The notes under the pieces are model-generated. The model had not been told where the DNA came from. It did no database searches and was given only the letters and a program-made list of their open reading frames with translations. Positions 31,424 to 44,900 of a DNA stretch of 64,000 nt are shown in pieces. Made by a program: the position numbers and the translations under genes. The stretch covers positions 2,294,001 to 2,358,000 of the forward strand of contig NW_024704771.1 of assembly GCF_018977255.1 (NCBI RefSeq), read 5' to 3'. How positions within the stretch are numbered: position 1 is the first letter of the stretch; every line of letters begins with the position of its first letter. The DNA comes from Callorhinchus milii. Taxonomy: Eukaryota.

Positions 31424-34400
31424 CCTCTAGGACCTTCACAATGAGATCAGAACACAGCAAATCAGATCATTACACACAGAGATTTGTGATCAAATATAAT
31501 TGATAAAATATAAAACATAATTAATAATTCTGTGATCTTACAACATGTTCTTTGAATTTACACCCACAGCAGAACAAACTGCCTTCTCTGTTGGAATAGT
31601 GATTGGGATCTTTAACTGTGACAGTGAGGCCCCCTATGGCCCCGCACTGGGGGTCTCCATGAGGTGGTTTGGGGAAGAAACATGTTATGTGTAACTGCTG
31701 TAATGTGCTCCTCCCCCTCCCCCTCCTCAGAGCCGCTCCTTATTCACCCCAACAAGGTGCAGGTCAGAGAGGAGCTCCCATTCCCTCCCTCCTCACTTGC
31801 CTCCAATTCTCAGCGTTTAAACAACAAATTGGGAATAAACTGACTGCAGCAGCTCCCGCATTACTATTGACACAAACCTGACAATACAGAACATTTAACT
31901 CACACTAACTGTACCTGTTGCAGCTTTGCTTGCAACCAAAGGAGCCAATCTGGAATGTAGATTTCAGTAATAGCGCTGACAAACTTTTTAACATGCCATA
32001 AACACCTTAAGCAAAACTGCCATATATGTGTGTTTAGGTCTTAGTTCCTGTGACCTAAACACATCAATGTAGAAGCTCACCGTCGAAAAAAGATATCCTC
32101 ATAACACTTCCCTTGGCAAGACCTTTCTGATCAGGTATAAATCATATCTTTATTTCAATGCGTTATTGGCAGACAGACCCACAGACATTTTGTCTTTATT
32201 AATATAGAAAGATGTATTTCTCTTGAAGGCTGTGTGAATTCCTCTGTCACTACTTTGTTGCAGAATACCATGCATACCTCATATTTTGAGGCTTAAATAA
32301 AGCATTTTTAACATAGTTCATCAATAGAATATTTCCCCAAAATATGCCCATGACACTCCCCCTTGAAAGTCCTTTCCAATGAGGTATAAATCGTGTCTCT
32401 ACGTCAATCGATTATTGCGTTCTTGGAGGACACACAGACAGACTGACGGACATTCTGTCTTTATTAGTGATTTTTTAAACTCCAGATCAGCGCACTTAAT
32501 AGTGAAACCAATGAATTATATACTGGAATAACAGTAATGTTAAGGCATTATTTTAACGGTAAAATAATATATCATTTCAGGACACAATTTCTGACACTTA
32601 CCTGTTTAAATTTGGCATTGAAAGACAAGAATCTGCACTCTTAAAAATAAATGAAATGTGTGTTCGGGATGGCGATGTCCAGAGTCTAATGCTGCTTTCG
32701 GTTTCTGTGGGAATCACATTATAGTCACACAAACAGGGAAAGGGCAGTTCAAATTTTACCTACAATAGAGAGTGAGGAATAATCGTATGGTTTTCATGTT
32801 AGTGTTGATTGTTGCTCATCACTTGCTGTCAGTAACTAACATTCCTGCTCTGAGACCCTGGTTACACCCTCACGTTTCCCTGGAATAATCTTCAGTGCCA
32901 CAGAAAACGTCCCACGTGATTGATTTCCAGGTTAATGTGTAACAGATCTGTATGGTTGAAGGAGATTGCTGAGGTTGGGAGGGGAGAGACTGAGGTGAAA
33001 CCATGATCTGGAACTCAATCAGCTGGGGGTGGGGAGCCAGGGAGCTGAGCTGAGATAGAGTGATAGGTTGGCGGAGTCTGGAGTGGGGAGGGCACGGTTG
33101 CAGTTATAACACCGTGACTATCTCTATATGATCAAGGTTGAATTGAAAACCTAGATCTATTAAAACACCATTTATTTACAGGCACAGTTACACTGTGTCC
33201 CCATTCTGCCAGCCTGTATCTACAGGATGTTTAGCTGATAAAACAGATGTGATTGGGGCATGGAGTTTCATTTGGGTGAGTGTCCGGGCAGCGGGCGGAG
33301 TTAATAATAATAATAATTGTTATTAATTAACTGAATTTTGAGTTTGGTGGAGATGGCGAAACCAGCGACGAGTTCATTTAAATAGTCCAGCTGGGAAGTG
33401 AAGAAGGTGTCGATGAAGATTTCAGCTGTGTCAGTGATGTACGGACAGTGATGGGCAATGTGGCGGAGGTGGAATAAAGGGGTCCTGGTTAGGGAATGGA
33501 TGTGTGGTAGCAATGAAATACAGATACGATGCCCGGCTGGGGTCAGACACCACCTCACCTTTGTACTGGGTGCAGGTGGTAATATAATAATAACCTTTGT
33601 ATTTGATAAAGCAACAAACAGCGGGAAAGCTCTGCAAACTTTGCCTGAAAGGATGGTTTAAGTTGATTCAATAACAATGTTTAAGAGAAAAGTAGATAAT
33701 TATTTGGGGAGAATGAATTTGCAGGGCTCTGGGGAGAGAGCGGGGAATAGGATTGATTTGGAAGCTCTTTTCAAAGAGCCGACACAGACACAATGGGCCA
33801 AATAGCCTCCTTCTGTGCTGTATAATTTATGATTCTATAGCTGTGCTGTTTTATCTGCTGAGACTCCAGCAGTTACCCCAATGCACAATCTGGGGACCCC
33901 CGGCCTTGGTTCTTGCCAACCTGAGCCTAGTGAGAGATCTTCCAGGATTCCTGCACTGATAATCTCCAGTGCCCAAAGCTGGGAAGGTGCGTGTGTGGAT
34001 GTTGTGCTGTTTGTCACAGCCTTTTTGCTTCTTCTCTGCCCAGTTTCCCGCCTTCAGCTGCTCCGAACAGTATGTGAAGTGTGTGGTGTTGGTGTCCAGT
34101 CAGATTGTGTGTGTGTGTGTTTGGCTTTGCTGAAGACCAGAAAAGCGCTCAAGTGAGGGGCACAGTGACACACCTACAACTGTCCCCTCCTCCCCGCCTC
34201 CCTAATTGGTAAGAGAATCTGTACTAAGTCTGTGTGAGTGTCTGTCTGTCAGTGTATCCGACAATCACACAATAACCAAATGACATAGAGTCATGATTTA
34301 TACCTCATTGGATAAGTCTTGCAGCTGGCAGTGTCATAGGCATATTTTTTTGCCCATCGTTAATTAGCTATATTAAAAAATGCTTTAATTAAGCCTTATA

Positions 34401-34544
34401 TATGAAGTATCCATCGTATTCTGCAACTACATAGCGACAGACGAAAGCACAAACTGTTCAGAGAGATACATCTATACTCTGCAACAAATGTATGGCTTTC
34501 TTCTGGTAGTCGTGGGAGCCGTGTCCTCCCATGTGGGACAGACA

Positions 34545-34970
34545 ACAACAACAAGAACAAGATTGCATTTATAGAGGGCCTTTCACGTCGGGAGGACGTC
34601 CCAAGGTGCTGGACAGTTGGGTCGGGACCCGAGCAGTGGGGGAAATGGTCAGGGTGAGGGGAGGGAAGGGAGGGAGCGAGGAGGGGGTAGAGAGTCGAGA
34701 GGGGAGCTGAAGGCTCGGTCAAAGAGAAAGGTCTTGAGACAGAGAGACTGAGGGAGAGACAGAGAGAGAATCTGAGAGCAACAGCGAAATAGACAGAGAC
34801 TGAAATAGTGAAAGGGATAGAAAGAGAAACAGAGAGAGAGAGACACTGAGATAGACTGAGATAGTGAGAGACAGAGAGAGAGAGTGAAACTGGGAGTGAG
34901 AGATTTGGAGAGAGACTGAGCGACAGACAGGGAGACTGAGAGAGGGAGACAGAGAGAGACCGTGAGACAA
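34545..34970 (-). mobile_element. L2 3' tail (34545-34740) fused to an (AG)-rich microsatellite (34740-34970)
   Basis: Tail matches 15403-15580; the AG tract is directly visible. Confidence 0.8.
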
Positions 34971-35269
34971 AATATATTAAAGGAGTCCTCCAACAGGAGT
35001 CCTCCCAGATGAGTATAAATAAAGATTAAATATCTGTCTGTGTGACTGTCTGTATGTCAATCTGCATTCCATATGGGATCATTTGGTTTCAAATAAAGCA
35101 GCAACAGGTACAGCTAGTATAATATAAAGACAAAAAATCAAATATACACTATATGATATATATTACATATAAAGCAGGGAATCCTTTAATTAAAGAATAA
35201 ATCACTTATTGTATAATAAATGACAATGAAACACATTATTATTATACTCCGGGTTCAAATATTATTGGA

Positions 35270-36210
35270 CTCTGGGATCAAAAGTACAATTTCTTAATTT
35301 CTTGGATGACACCACATTGGGGGCTGCATTTAATACTAAGGAGGACCGCAACAAATTACAAGACATTAATAAACTTGCTGAATGGGCATTTAATTGGCAA
35401 ATTCATTTCAATATAGATAAGTGTGCGGTGTTACATTTTGTTAGGAGGAATAAGGAGGTCATATACTGCCTGAAAAATAAGAAACTGAATGGGGTTGAGG
35501 AGCAAAGGGATCTCGGGGTACAGACACACAAATTGCTAAAAGTAGCGACGCAGGTTAACAAGATCATAAAAAAAGCAAACCAGACATTGGGGTTCATATC
35601 TAGAGGTATAGAAATGGAAGCAGGGAAGTCATGTTAAACTTATATCAAACCTTACTTAGACCACACTTGGAATACTGTATACAGTTCTGGTCCCCGTATT
35701 ATAGAAAGGATGTAGAGGCACCGGAGAGGGTGCAAAGGAGATATACAAGGATGATTCCAGAACTGTAAGGTTATAGCTATCAGGAAAGGTTGGACAAGCT
35801 GGACTCTTCTCTGGTAAAGAGAAGGGTGAGGGGTGACCTAAAAGAGGTCTTTAAAATAATGGAAGATTTTGATAGGATAGACCTAGAGAAGATGTTTCCA
35901 CTTGAGGGGAGACCAAAACCAGGGGCCATTGATATAAAATAGTCACCAATAAATTAAATAGGCAAGTCAGAAGAAACTTCTTTACCCAGAGAGCGGTGGG
36001 AATGTGGAACTTGCTACCACAAGGAGCAGTTGAGGCTGATTGCAAAGATGGATTTAAGGGGAAGCTGGATAAATACTTGAGGGGGAAAGCAGTAGAAAGT
36101 TACACTGATAGGCTTAGTTGAGGAAGGGCAGGAGGAGGGTCATGTGGAGCATAAGCACTGACATAGGCCAATTGGGCCGAATGGCCTACTTCTGTGCTGT
36201 ACGTTCAATG
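35270..36210 (+). mobile_element. CR1 LINE 3' portion
   Basis: DDTTLG..LAEWAFNWQIHFNIDKC.VLHF..VEEQRDLGV, with the CR1 tail near 36170-36200. Confidence 0.88.
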
Positions 36211-37184
36211 TAATTCTATGTCATTATCTGTAACAATAAATAGGTTTATATCAAAGTTGTATTCTACACTACACCTGTATTCGTCACAACACCACATACA
36301 TGTAGACGTTTTCCTTAAGACTAAAGATCTATAGTTTTGATTCGGGTTTCGGTCACCTCTCCCCTCCCTCTCCCCCTGTATCAGGATCAGACTCCAACAT
36401 TGTCAAGTGCTGCGGGACACTGCGCCATGTGAAGGGCTATATAAATGCAAGTTGTTGTTGTTTGTGTGTATTGGGGAGCGTAGATTGGTATAATGATTGG
36501 ACATAAACTAATGATATCACATGACTTATTGCAAATTGAGGCAGTATTTTGCACGTGAATGTCAATATTTTGGATACTAATATCCAGTTGAACAGACACA
36601 GAGTGGCCCTCGGTTTAACGTCTCCAATACATGGCACTTCTTGTGTGATTGTTACAGTGAATGAGAAATGCTACAGATTATAAAAGATGACACTGAAAAT
36701 ACACATTGTTCATACACAGTGAGACGCGGCTGTTCACTGGAGAACAACATGTCTCCTTGTTTATAGATATAAAAGTGATTTGGGAGATTTCAGTGAAATT
36801 CTGAGCACAGCCCCGACTGTGAGACTGGGCATTGCTGGAGAGAAAGATATCAGCGATATCCCTGTTTCAGAGCGTGTGAGCTCACACACCGGATGGAAAT
36901 TCAAAGAGTCTCTCAACATAAGCACAGAGACGAGCTGACAATGAATTTTAATAATAATAATAATCCTTGCATTTGATATCCCCCTTATCATGTCTTTGAG
37001 ACATCTCAAAGCGCTTCACAGAATATACTATAAAGTGGATTGACTATATTTTGTAGGCGAAATGCAGCATCCAATTGACGCAGCAGGATCCCACAAACAG
37101 TCATGGAATGAGCGACCAAATTATTGGTGGTACTTTTTTGAAGGAATTATTATCCCTGGAAAAGCGATCCCCCAATCGATGAGA

Positions 37185-38060
37185 TGGTAAAGGGATTTAT
37201 AGGGTAGTTACAGAGACGTTATTACCCCTGGTGTTGTCACGTCTCGCCAATCAGAGAACGTTTCCTTTATCCCTACCCGTTGTTTCCTGCCTCTCAACCA
37301 ATTACCAAGCCATGTCACAAGTTTATCTCTGACACCGTGTGCTTCCATTTTGACTAATATCAAATGCCTTCTGCAATCCACATAAACAACATCCATAGAC
37401 ACTCTTATCCACCATTTTAGTGACTTCCTAAAAATGTTAACTGAATTAATCAGACACAACCCACCCTTCCTTCACAAACCCATGCTGAATCTCTATTACT
37501 AGCTCATATCTGTTCAAGTGTTCAGTCACTCTATCCCTGATGATGGATTCCAGTATTTTTCCTATAACTGATGTTAAGCTGACAGGTCTGTAGTTTCCTG
37601 GTTTTTCTCTCCCTCCCTTCTTAAATAAAGGAGTGACATTCACAATTTTTCAATCTAAGGGCACAATTCCTGAATCTAGTGAGCTTTGGAAAATTATGAC
37701 GAATGCATTTCCAATTTTCTCTCCTTTTTCCTTTAACATCCTGGGGCGGAAACTACCAGTTCCCAGAGATTTGTCTATCTTGAGTCTCTTTAGTTTCTCC
37801 AATACCATTGTTTTATTGATATTAATTTTATTAAGTATTTTTGTTTCACTTATTTTTAGGTTCCCCTCTATGGCTGGTATTTTATCCTCATTCTCTTCTG
37901 TAAAAATGGTAGCAAAGTATTAATTTAACAAGTAAGCCATTTCCTTATTTCTATTATAGTCTATTATAGTCTTTAACGGACCCGTATTCCACTTGACCAT
38001 TCTCTTTCTTTTAATATATTTATAAAATCTTTTACTATTGCTTTTAATAATCATTTTTTC
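37185..38060 (-). mobile_element. CR1 LINE internal RT fragment
   Basis: [34 protein letters not shown]. Confidence 0.88.
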
Positions 38061-38354
38061 ATACTTCCTTTTTGCTCCTCTTATTGCTTTCTTCCATAGA
38101 ATTATACTGCACAGAAGGAGGCCATTCAGCCCATTGTTTCTGTGTTGGTTCTTTGAAAAGAGCTATCCAATTCAATCCCAATTCAACTTGACTCACATAG
38201 AGTAGCATCTCAGAGTGCTTGAATTCCAGGCTTCTGGTCTTGGATCAGTATTGTTCACAGTCAGAGGGTCAGTTGGGAATTTGAGAAAATGCCAAACAAA
38301 AAGCAAATCTCCACAATTCAAAAAATAATAAAAAATGGAATGGGTGACATAAAT

Positions 38355-38905
38355 TTATCTTTCCAATCGATGTGTAAAGGAACTAATTGTCAATGGTTCA
38401 GAGTTTTTTCCATCCAGATTAAACCAGGGACTGAAGAAAGGATAAAGTTTCTCAGTGGAAGTGTGGGTGAAAGTGTGGAGATGAGACATGTTATCAGCGT
38501 TGTAAAATGTCACCTGTCCCCCCTCATAGTCCAGGAAAACTCCGATCTTCCTGACTTTCACTTTTAGAGGCAGGCGGGTCCAAGGTGAGGTACCAGCCCA
38601 GTATTCATTTCCATTTCTCAATATCACAGTCCAGTATCCAGTCTGTGGTGTGGCTGTGATGTCTCCTTTCCTGTTGACAGACTCTCTGGCCACTCCAACA
38701 TTCCACGCAGTCTTGTTGCCCACCTGCACTTCCCAGTAATGTCTCCCTGATGTTAATCCCTCAGATCCCAGGACACAGACCCAGCGATCAAACCTCTCTG
38801 GAGTGTCTGGGAGTGGCTGCATTTGGCCTCCAAGTCTCACACTGGTCAGGTCCTCAGACAGGATGAGATTAGGATGGGCTGTGTCAGGATCCAGAGTGAC
38901 TCGAA
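38355..38905 (-). CDS. B30.2 exon of butyrophilin-like gene 2
   Basis: [68 protein letters not shown]. Confidence 0.93.
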
Positions 38906-41900
38906 CTTTAAAAAAATAGAAAATGTGAATCAAGCTTACATAAAAAATTACATTAAGAATTTATATTGGGAATTATAAGTTCAGCCAAAAGTTTTAGAGT
39001 TGAACAAATTGAATAAAATTGAATATCTCAATTAAAAAAATCCCCAAATACAATTAAGCTTTAATAAACTGAAAAAAAACCAAAAAACAAGCTGATAATT
39101 CACAACAAAACATTGGCATTTTCTGTCCATTGTGTCCATGTCACTGCTGCCTCTTTTCCTAAAGCATCCTTTCTTTTATTAATTCCACTTTCAAACTCTC
39201 CCCATAATTTTAAATATTTTTAATATTCAGGTAATTATTCATTTCCCTTTTAATATTGATTCAGGATCAACAGTAGCTTTAGTAATGAATTCCAAACCCC
39301 TATAACTTGTTGAGAGAAAAATCCATCACAAACTCTCCCATACATTTTTTGTTGACAATCCTGAAACTGTGGCCTTTGAGCCTGATACTCCAACTAAAGG
39401 AAATAGCTTTCCCCTATCAACTCTGTTATGTCCCTTCACTCTATTACATTCCTTTTGAATTGCATGTCCTCTACTCCAGAAGAAAACAAACACATTTGAC
39501 TATTTTCTCTTCACAGAGACCAGTCACTGGCGGTAGAGATTCCTCCCACTCAAGTTCCTGTTAACCCTGTAAGCCAAAGCCCTAGTAGGGTGGTCCTAGC
39601 TGGGCAAGCAGACAGCAATATCAATGGCAAGCTACGCGGTTTTAGCTGATTAGACTCCAGCAGTTACCCCAACACACACTATTGGGTCCCCAAGCCTTAG
39701 CTCTTGCCAACCTATGCCTGATACTTTCCAGAATTAGGTAAGAGGGATGCATCCCTCCAAGGAGAGAGAGGTCAATCCATACAAACAAATATCTCTGTGG
39801 AATGGATGGAATTCTCAGGTTGGTTTGGACACTCTTATACACAATGATGGGGTTCCACATGCATCAGACACGCAGCTGACCAAAAAAAATCATTATTTAA
39901 ATGTGTGTGTTCTGAGGCTTCTCTCATTGAATTGATTCACAAATTATTTTTGAAATGAACAGATTACTTGGGAGAAAGAAAAGGATCTGAGTTTGTAATT
40001 GCAGATCAGTGACTCTCATTTGCAGCTGGGTTGAATTTGGTGTAAAGTGTGAATCACCAAAGAGAGATGGAGATTTGAATTGCTTGTGACTGAAGTCGGA
40101 GCAGCAAACCCTCAGTGGATTGAAGCAAGTCTGGCATCTGGCACCTCCCCATAGAGGAACCTTCTGCCTTGTGTTATCGACAGCTGTAAACGGGGTCTCT
40201 GTGGGGCTGAACTGGCTCCATGGTGACATGTTTGTCAACAGAATGTCGGGAATCGAGGCTGTGACGTCTCTAGTTCAGTTCCTGAGCCAGGTGCAGCCGC
40301 AGTATTCCAGGTCACTGCTGATAACAGCACATTGGCAGGACTTGGAAGGGCAGACCAGTCACTGGGGGCAGGGAGTCATCCCACTGAGCTCCTGTTAACC
40401 CTGCAGCCAAAGCCCTAATGGTCAGGGTGGTCCTAGCTGGACTAGCAGCAGGAGGCAAGCCAGACGGTGCTCTCAAAGGCAAACTATGTGACTTAGCTGG
40501 TTGTGAGGTGAGGGGGAAAAGGAGGAGTGGGGGAAACACATGGTGTATAAACATAGACTGGCTGAGCGGAATGATGTGTGTCTGTGCCTCTCACTCTATA
40601 TAATTACCTGCACAACGGGAAAGCCTTTTCATCTCTGAAAAGAAAAAGGAAAGGTTTTTGAAAACGCTCAGCATCACTGTGAATGTTTAGATGAACATCA
40701 TTCAGCAAAACTGGCTCAGTCTGTAACTCTCGTCTCTCAGTCATAACAATGACTCAGAGCTCCACATCAGTTACTCTGAGCTCGAAGACTGGGCTGACCA
40801 TCCATTGCAGCGCTGTAGGAGTGTTTCATTGTCGGAAGTGCTGTCCTTCAGGTGAGACGTTAAACCGAGTTTCAGTCTTCCTGTTCAAGTGGGTGTTAAA
40901 GATCCTTTGGCACTATTTGAAAGTGAAGGGAGTTGCTCTCTCCTGGTGTTCTGGCTGACAAACCTCCAGAAAAAATTGGTCATTCATTAGTCACTAAAAA
41001 TTAGTCACTTCTTGGTTATTTATGGGTCATTGCTGTGTGAAATTGGGCTAATTTGTTTACCTGCAGCCACAGTCATTCCAATTAACTGTATTCTGTGAAG
41101 CACTTTCACATCACTTCCTCCTGATGTGAAAGGTGCTGTACCAAATGTAAGAATTTTATTATTAATAATAGCCATAATCACATAATAATATGCACAGATA
41201 ATTGGATAATAACTAACAACTCAGGGAGACAATTCAAAGGGGATTGAATTGATACTGTAAGCTTCAACATAATAACTACACATGAAATATAACCTTGTCA
41301 GATATAGAACTGAGAATTTGCTGAGTTGTCAGCAAATGATATCATGTAAATTGAGTTTCAGTTGATTATTAGACCTATATTCACTTTCCCAACTTTATTT
41401 AGTTCATAACAACAGCCTCTAAGCGCTTTGGGATGTCCTCCCGACGTGAAAAGCGCTATATCAAATGCAAGGATTATTATTATTATTATGCAGCGCCTTT
41501 CATGTAGGAAGAGCATCTTGAAGCACTTTTAATAAGTTGGGATGGAATGGCAAAACCACAATGTGACAATTATCACTGGTAACATAAGATAACATACAAC
41601 AATAACAACAAGATTCCATTTATAGAGCGCCTTTCACGTCGGGAGGACGTCCCAAGGCGCTGGACAGTTGGGTTGGGACCTGAGCAGTGGGGAAATGGTG
41701 AGGGGAGGGAAGGGAGGGAGCGAGGAGGGGGTAGAGAGTCGAGAGGGGAGCTGAAGGCACGGTTGAAGAGAAGTGGATGTTCAGCCACATAACATAACAT
41801 GTTCAGCCACATAACATAACATGTAGGAGCAGGAGTAGGCCATTCAGCCCTTCGAGCCTGCCCCGCCATTCAATCAGGGGTGATCTTCCAATCTAACTCC

Positions 41901-44900
41901 AGATAATAACATAACCCTGCATTATTCCCATATCTCTTAATCCATTTTGCAATAATAAATCTATCTATCTATCTCAGTCTTGAATATATTCAAGGACTGA
42001 GCAAAAACAGCCCTTTGGGGTAGTGAGTTCCATACATTCACCACCTTTTGAGTGAAGAAGTTCTTCCTCAACTCAGTGTGAAAGGGCTGCCTCTGGTTTT
42101 AAGGTTGTGACCCCTGGTTTTAGTTTCTCCAACCGGGGGACACAATCTCCCACTCTCTACTCTATCATGCCTTTTGATGATCTTATAGGTTTCTATAAGG
42201 TTCCCCTCTAATTCTTCTATATTCTAGAGAATATAGACCCAAATTGTTCAGCCTATCCTCGTAACTTATCCCCTTCATCCCTGGTACTAACCTAGTAAAT
42301 CTGCGCTGCACCCCCTCCAAGGCAAGTACATCCTTCCTTAAATGAGGAGACCAAAACTGCACACAGTATTCCAGGTGTGGTCTCACCAGAGCCCTATACA
42401 GTTGCAGCAAGACTTCCCTACTCTTATACTCTAATCCTTTCATAATGAATACTAACATACCGTTCGCCTTCCTAATTGCTGCTGCACCTGCAGACTAACT
42501 TTCTGTGATTGGTGTACAAGGACACCCAAGTCCCTCTGGACGCTAACACATTCCAATCTCTCCCCTTCTAAAAAAATAACCGGCTCTACTGTTTTTGCTA
42601 CCGAGGTGGATGACTTCGCACTTCCCTACATTATACTTCATCTGCCACTTACCTGCCCAGTCACCTAACCTATCTATGTCTCGCTGTATTTTTGTAATGT
42701 CATCCTCTGTGTTTACACTTCCTTCTAGTTTTGTGTCATCTGTGAATTTAGATATACTAGCTTTGATATCTTCATCTAGTCGTTGATGTAGATGGTAAAT
42801 AGCTGAGGCCCAAGGACTGATCCTTGTGGCACTCCACTAGTCACATCCCGACAATCCGAAAAGGATCTGTTTATCCCTACTCTTTCTTTCCTGCCCATTA
42901 ACCATTCCCCAATCTACGTTAATATGCTCCCCCCAATTCCATGGGCCCTTAACTTTTGGACTAACCTTTTATGCAGCACCTTATCGAATGTTTTCTGGAA
43001 GTCCAAATAGACCACATCCACTGATTCACCCTCATCTAGTTTACTCGAAATATCTTCAAAAAACTCTTATGAGATTTGTCAATCATGACTTCCCTTTTGT
43101 AAAGCCATGTTGACTTGGCCTAATTATATTGTGCCCTAAATACCGCACTACCACATCCTTAATCAATGATTCTAAAAATTTTTCTATAACTGATGTGAGA
43201 CTAATTGGCCTATCATTCCCCATCTTTTCCTTTCCACCTTTGTGTGACATTTGCGATCTTCCAATCCATGGGGACTGTTCCAGAATCCAAGGAATTTTGG
43301 AAGATCGGACATAAGGCCTCCACTATTTCATAAGCTCCTCTTTTAAAACCCTGGGATGTAAGCCATCCGGACCAGGGGATTTGTCGCTTTTTAGTGCTAA
43401 CAGTTTCCCAGCACCAATTCTCTACTAATGAAAATTTCCCTAAGTTGCTCCCTGTCCTTATCCCTTTGGTGCATCTCTATTGTTGGTAGACTTGTTGTGT
43501 CTTCTCGGGTGAAGACAGATGCAAAGTACCCATTCAGGGACTCTGCCATATCCTTATCCCCGTTACAACTTCTCCCGTCTCTGACTGTAGTGGACCTACA
43601 TTTACCCTCACGAGCTTATTCCTCTTAATATATTTCTAAAAGCTTTTACAATCAGACTGAATGTTCCTCGCTCGCTTACCCTCATACTCTTTTTTCTCGC
43701 TCTTAATGAGTTTTTTAGTTTTTTTTTTGCTGGTTTCTAAAACTCTCCCAATCTTCAGATTTGCTGTTTTTCTTAGCAGTTTTATAAGCTTATTCTTTTA
43801 ATTTGATGCTTTCCCTAACTCCTCTAGTTAGCCACGGATGAATTGCTTTCCCTCTTATTCCGCAAGGGATTATGTAACCGTTGAGAATTTTGCACTACAT
43901 CCTTAAATATTTACCACTGTTGGTGGTACATTTTTACCTCTTAATCTTATTCTCCAGTCTATTTTACCTAAATCTTTCCTGATACCTACAAAATTAGCCC
44001 TATTTAAGTTTAGAATACTTGCCTCGGATTTAACTATATCCCTCTCTAACTTAATGCCGAATTCAATCATATTGTGGTCACTCTGCCCGAGAGGATTCGT
44101 AATACCTACACTGCCAACTTGCCCTGTTTCGTTACACAGAACAAAGTCTTGGATGGCTTGTCCCCTAGTTGGTTCCTTGGCGCGCTGCTCTAGAAAGTTA
44201 TCGCTCAACATGCAATGAACTCTTCTTCTGACCTACTTTTGCCGATTTGGGTTTCCCAATCTATGTGGAGATTCGAATCACCCACTATTATCGTTTTACC
44301 TTTCCTACATGCTCTACTGATTTCTTGATTAATATCCTGTGCTATATTGTGATCACTGTTTGGGGGTCTATAAACCAAATGAATGAACCACAATGAATAT
44401 CGCACTTTACCATCATGTTAACATATTTGACAGTACAAGCAAATATTTATAAAGTTGGTGGTCGGAGATGAAATGTGTTGGTTATCATTTAATCACAACA
44501 TTCAAATGTTATTTAATTTTGCTGACTTACCCAGTCTTTTCTGGAGATCTATTGGATACAAATAAAATTATTAGGATAATCTCAAACGTATTCTTAATAC
44601 TATATTATTTTGAAAGAAGTTCTGCATATTTACAATTTTAACCAAACCTGTGAGAAATACAGATCAATAAAATCATAGAATTGTACAGCACAGAAGGAGG
44701 CAATTTGGCCCATCATCTCTGTGACAGCTCTTTGAAAAGAGCTATCCAATCAGTCTCACTCTCCCGCTCTCTCCCCATAGCCCTGCAACCTTATTCTCCC
44801 CAAATAATGATCTACTTCTCTCTTAAAAGTTGTTATCGAATCGGCTTCCACCACACTTTCAGACAATGGATTCCATATCCGAACAACTCGCAGTTGAAAA

